Positions 63,885 to 64,000 of a stretch of 64,000 nucleotides of DNA are shown in pieces. Position 1 is the first letter of the stretch. Every line of letters starts with the position of its first letter. The translations under genes were made by a program, and so were the position numbers. The stretch is from Raillietiella orientalis. Lineage: Eukaryota. The notes beneath the pieces were generated by a model. That model searched no databases, was not told the DNA's origin, and saw nothing but the letters and a program-made list of their open reading frames with translations. The DNA lies in the NCBI GenBank assembly GCA_036172245.1, contig JAYWIR010000112.1:62001-126000 (forward strand), read 5' to 3'.

Positions 63885-64000
63885 ACTATCCTGTGTACTG
63901 GTGATGTTGCACTATGCTACTTGGCAGATTGCACAGGAACACACAAGTGCGAGCGAAAACGCAGGCACAAAGTTGGCCGACCGTTGCCGCGGATAGACGT

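Larger units (their letters stand above)
58084..64000 (-). mobile_element. Element D: near full-length antisense L1/Tx1-like LINE (5' end at or beyond the window edge), related to A
   Basis: Minus-strand ORF1 and ORF2 with all domains in order. The terminus AATAAACGCCCCGGCGTGACCGGGTGAGAAA has the same core as A. Confidence 0.95.

Overview
Eukaryotic heterochromatin-like window with three zones; no intact host gene, RNA gene or CRISPR array could be supported. (1) 1-25390: about 92 head-to-tail copies of an AT-rich 275-bp satellite. Its core is organised in variable higher-order repeats (13-, 18- and 19-mers), passing into a diverged 6-mer layer and then degenerate monomers at the edge. (2) 25391-38830: decayed retroelement fragments plus a ~10 kb unresolved, lower-GC island. 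(3) 38830-64000: a continuous mass of L1/Tx1-like non-LTR retrotransposons (ORF1 with RRM-like fold and CCHC knuckles; ORF2 with APE endonuclease, RT and C-terminal Cys/His finger). They come from several diverged lineages, all carry stops or frameshifts, and are inserted into one another. Two nested insertions are supported by matching target-site duplications, and a chain F>C>B>A>G of five levels can be reconstructed. The elements share cis-signals: a 3'-terminal AATAAA + GC hairpin + very short A tail, a 5' GGACGTG motif, and an ORF1/ORF2 junction TTCCCRGCMGTRATG whose variation is synonymous in the ORF2 frame upstream of the ATG. The layout resembles a centromere or pericentromere edge with a Zepp-like self-targeting LINE cluster (inference). 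Element letters A-K are my own labels. Boundaries were read by eye and are approximate unless a TSD or terminus is given.
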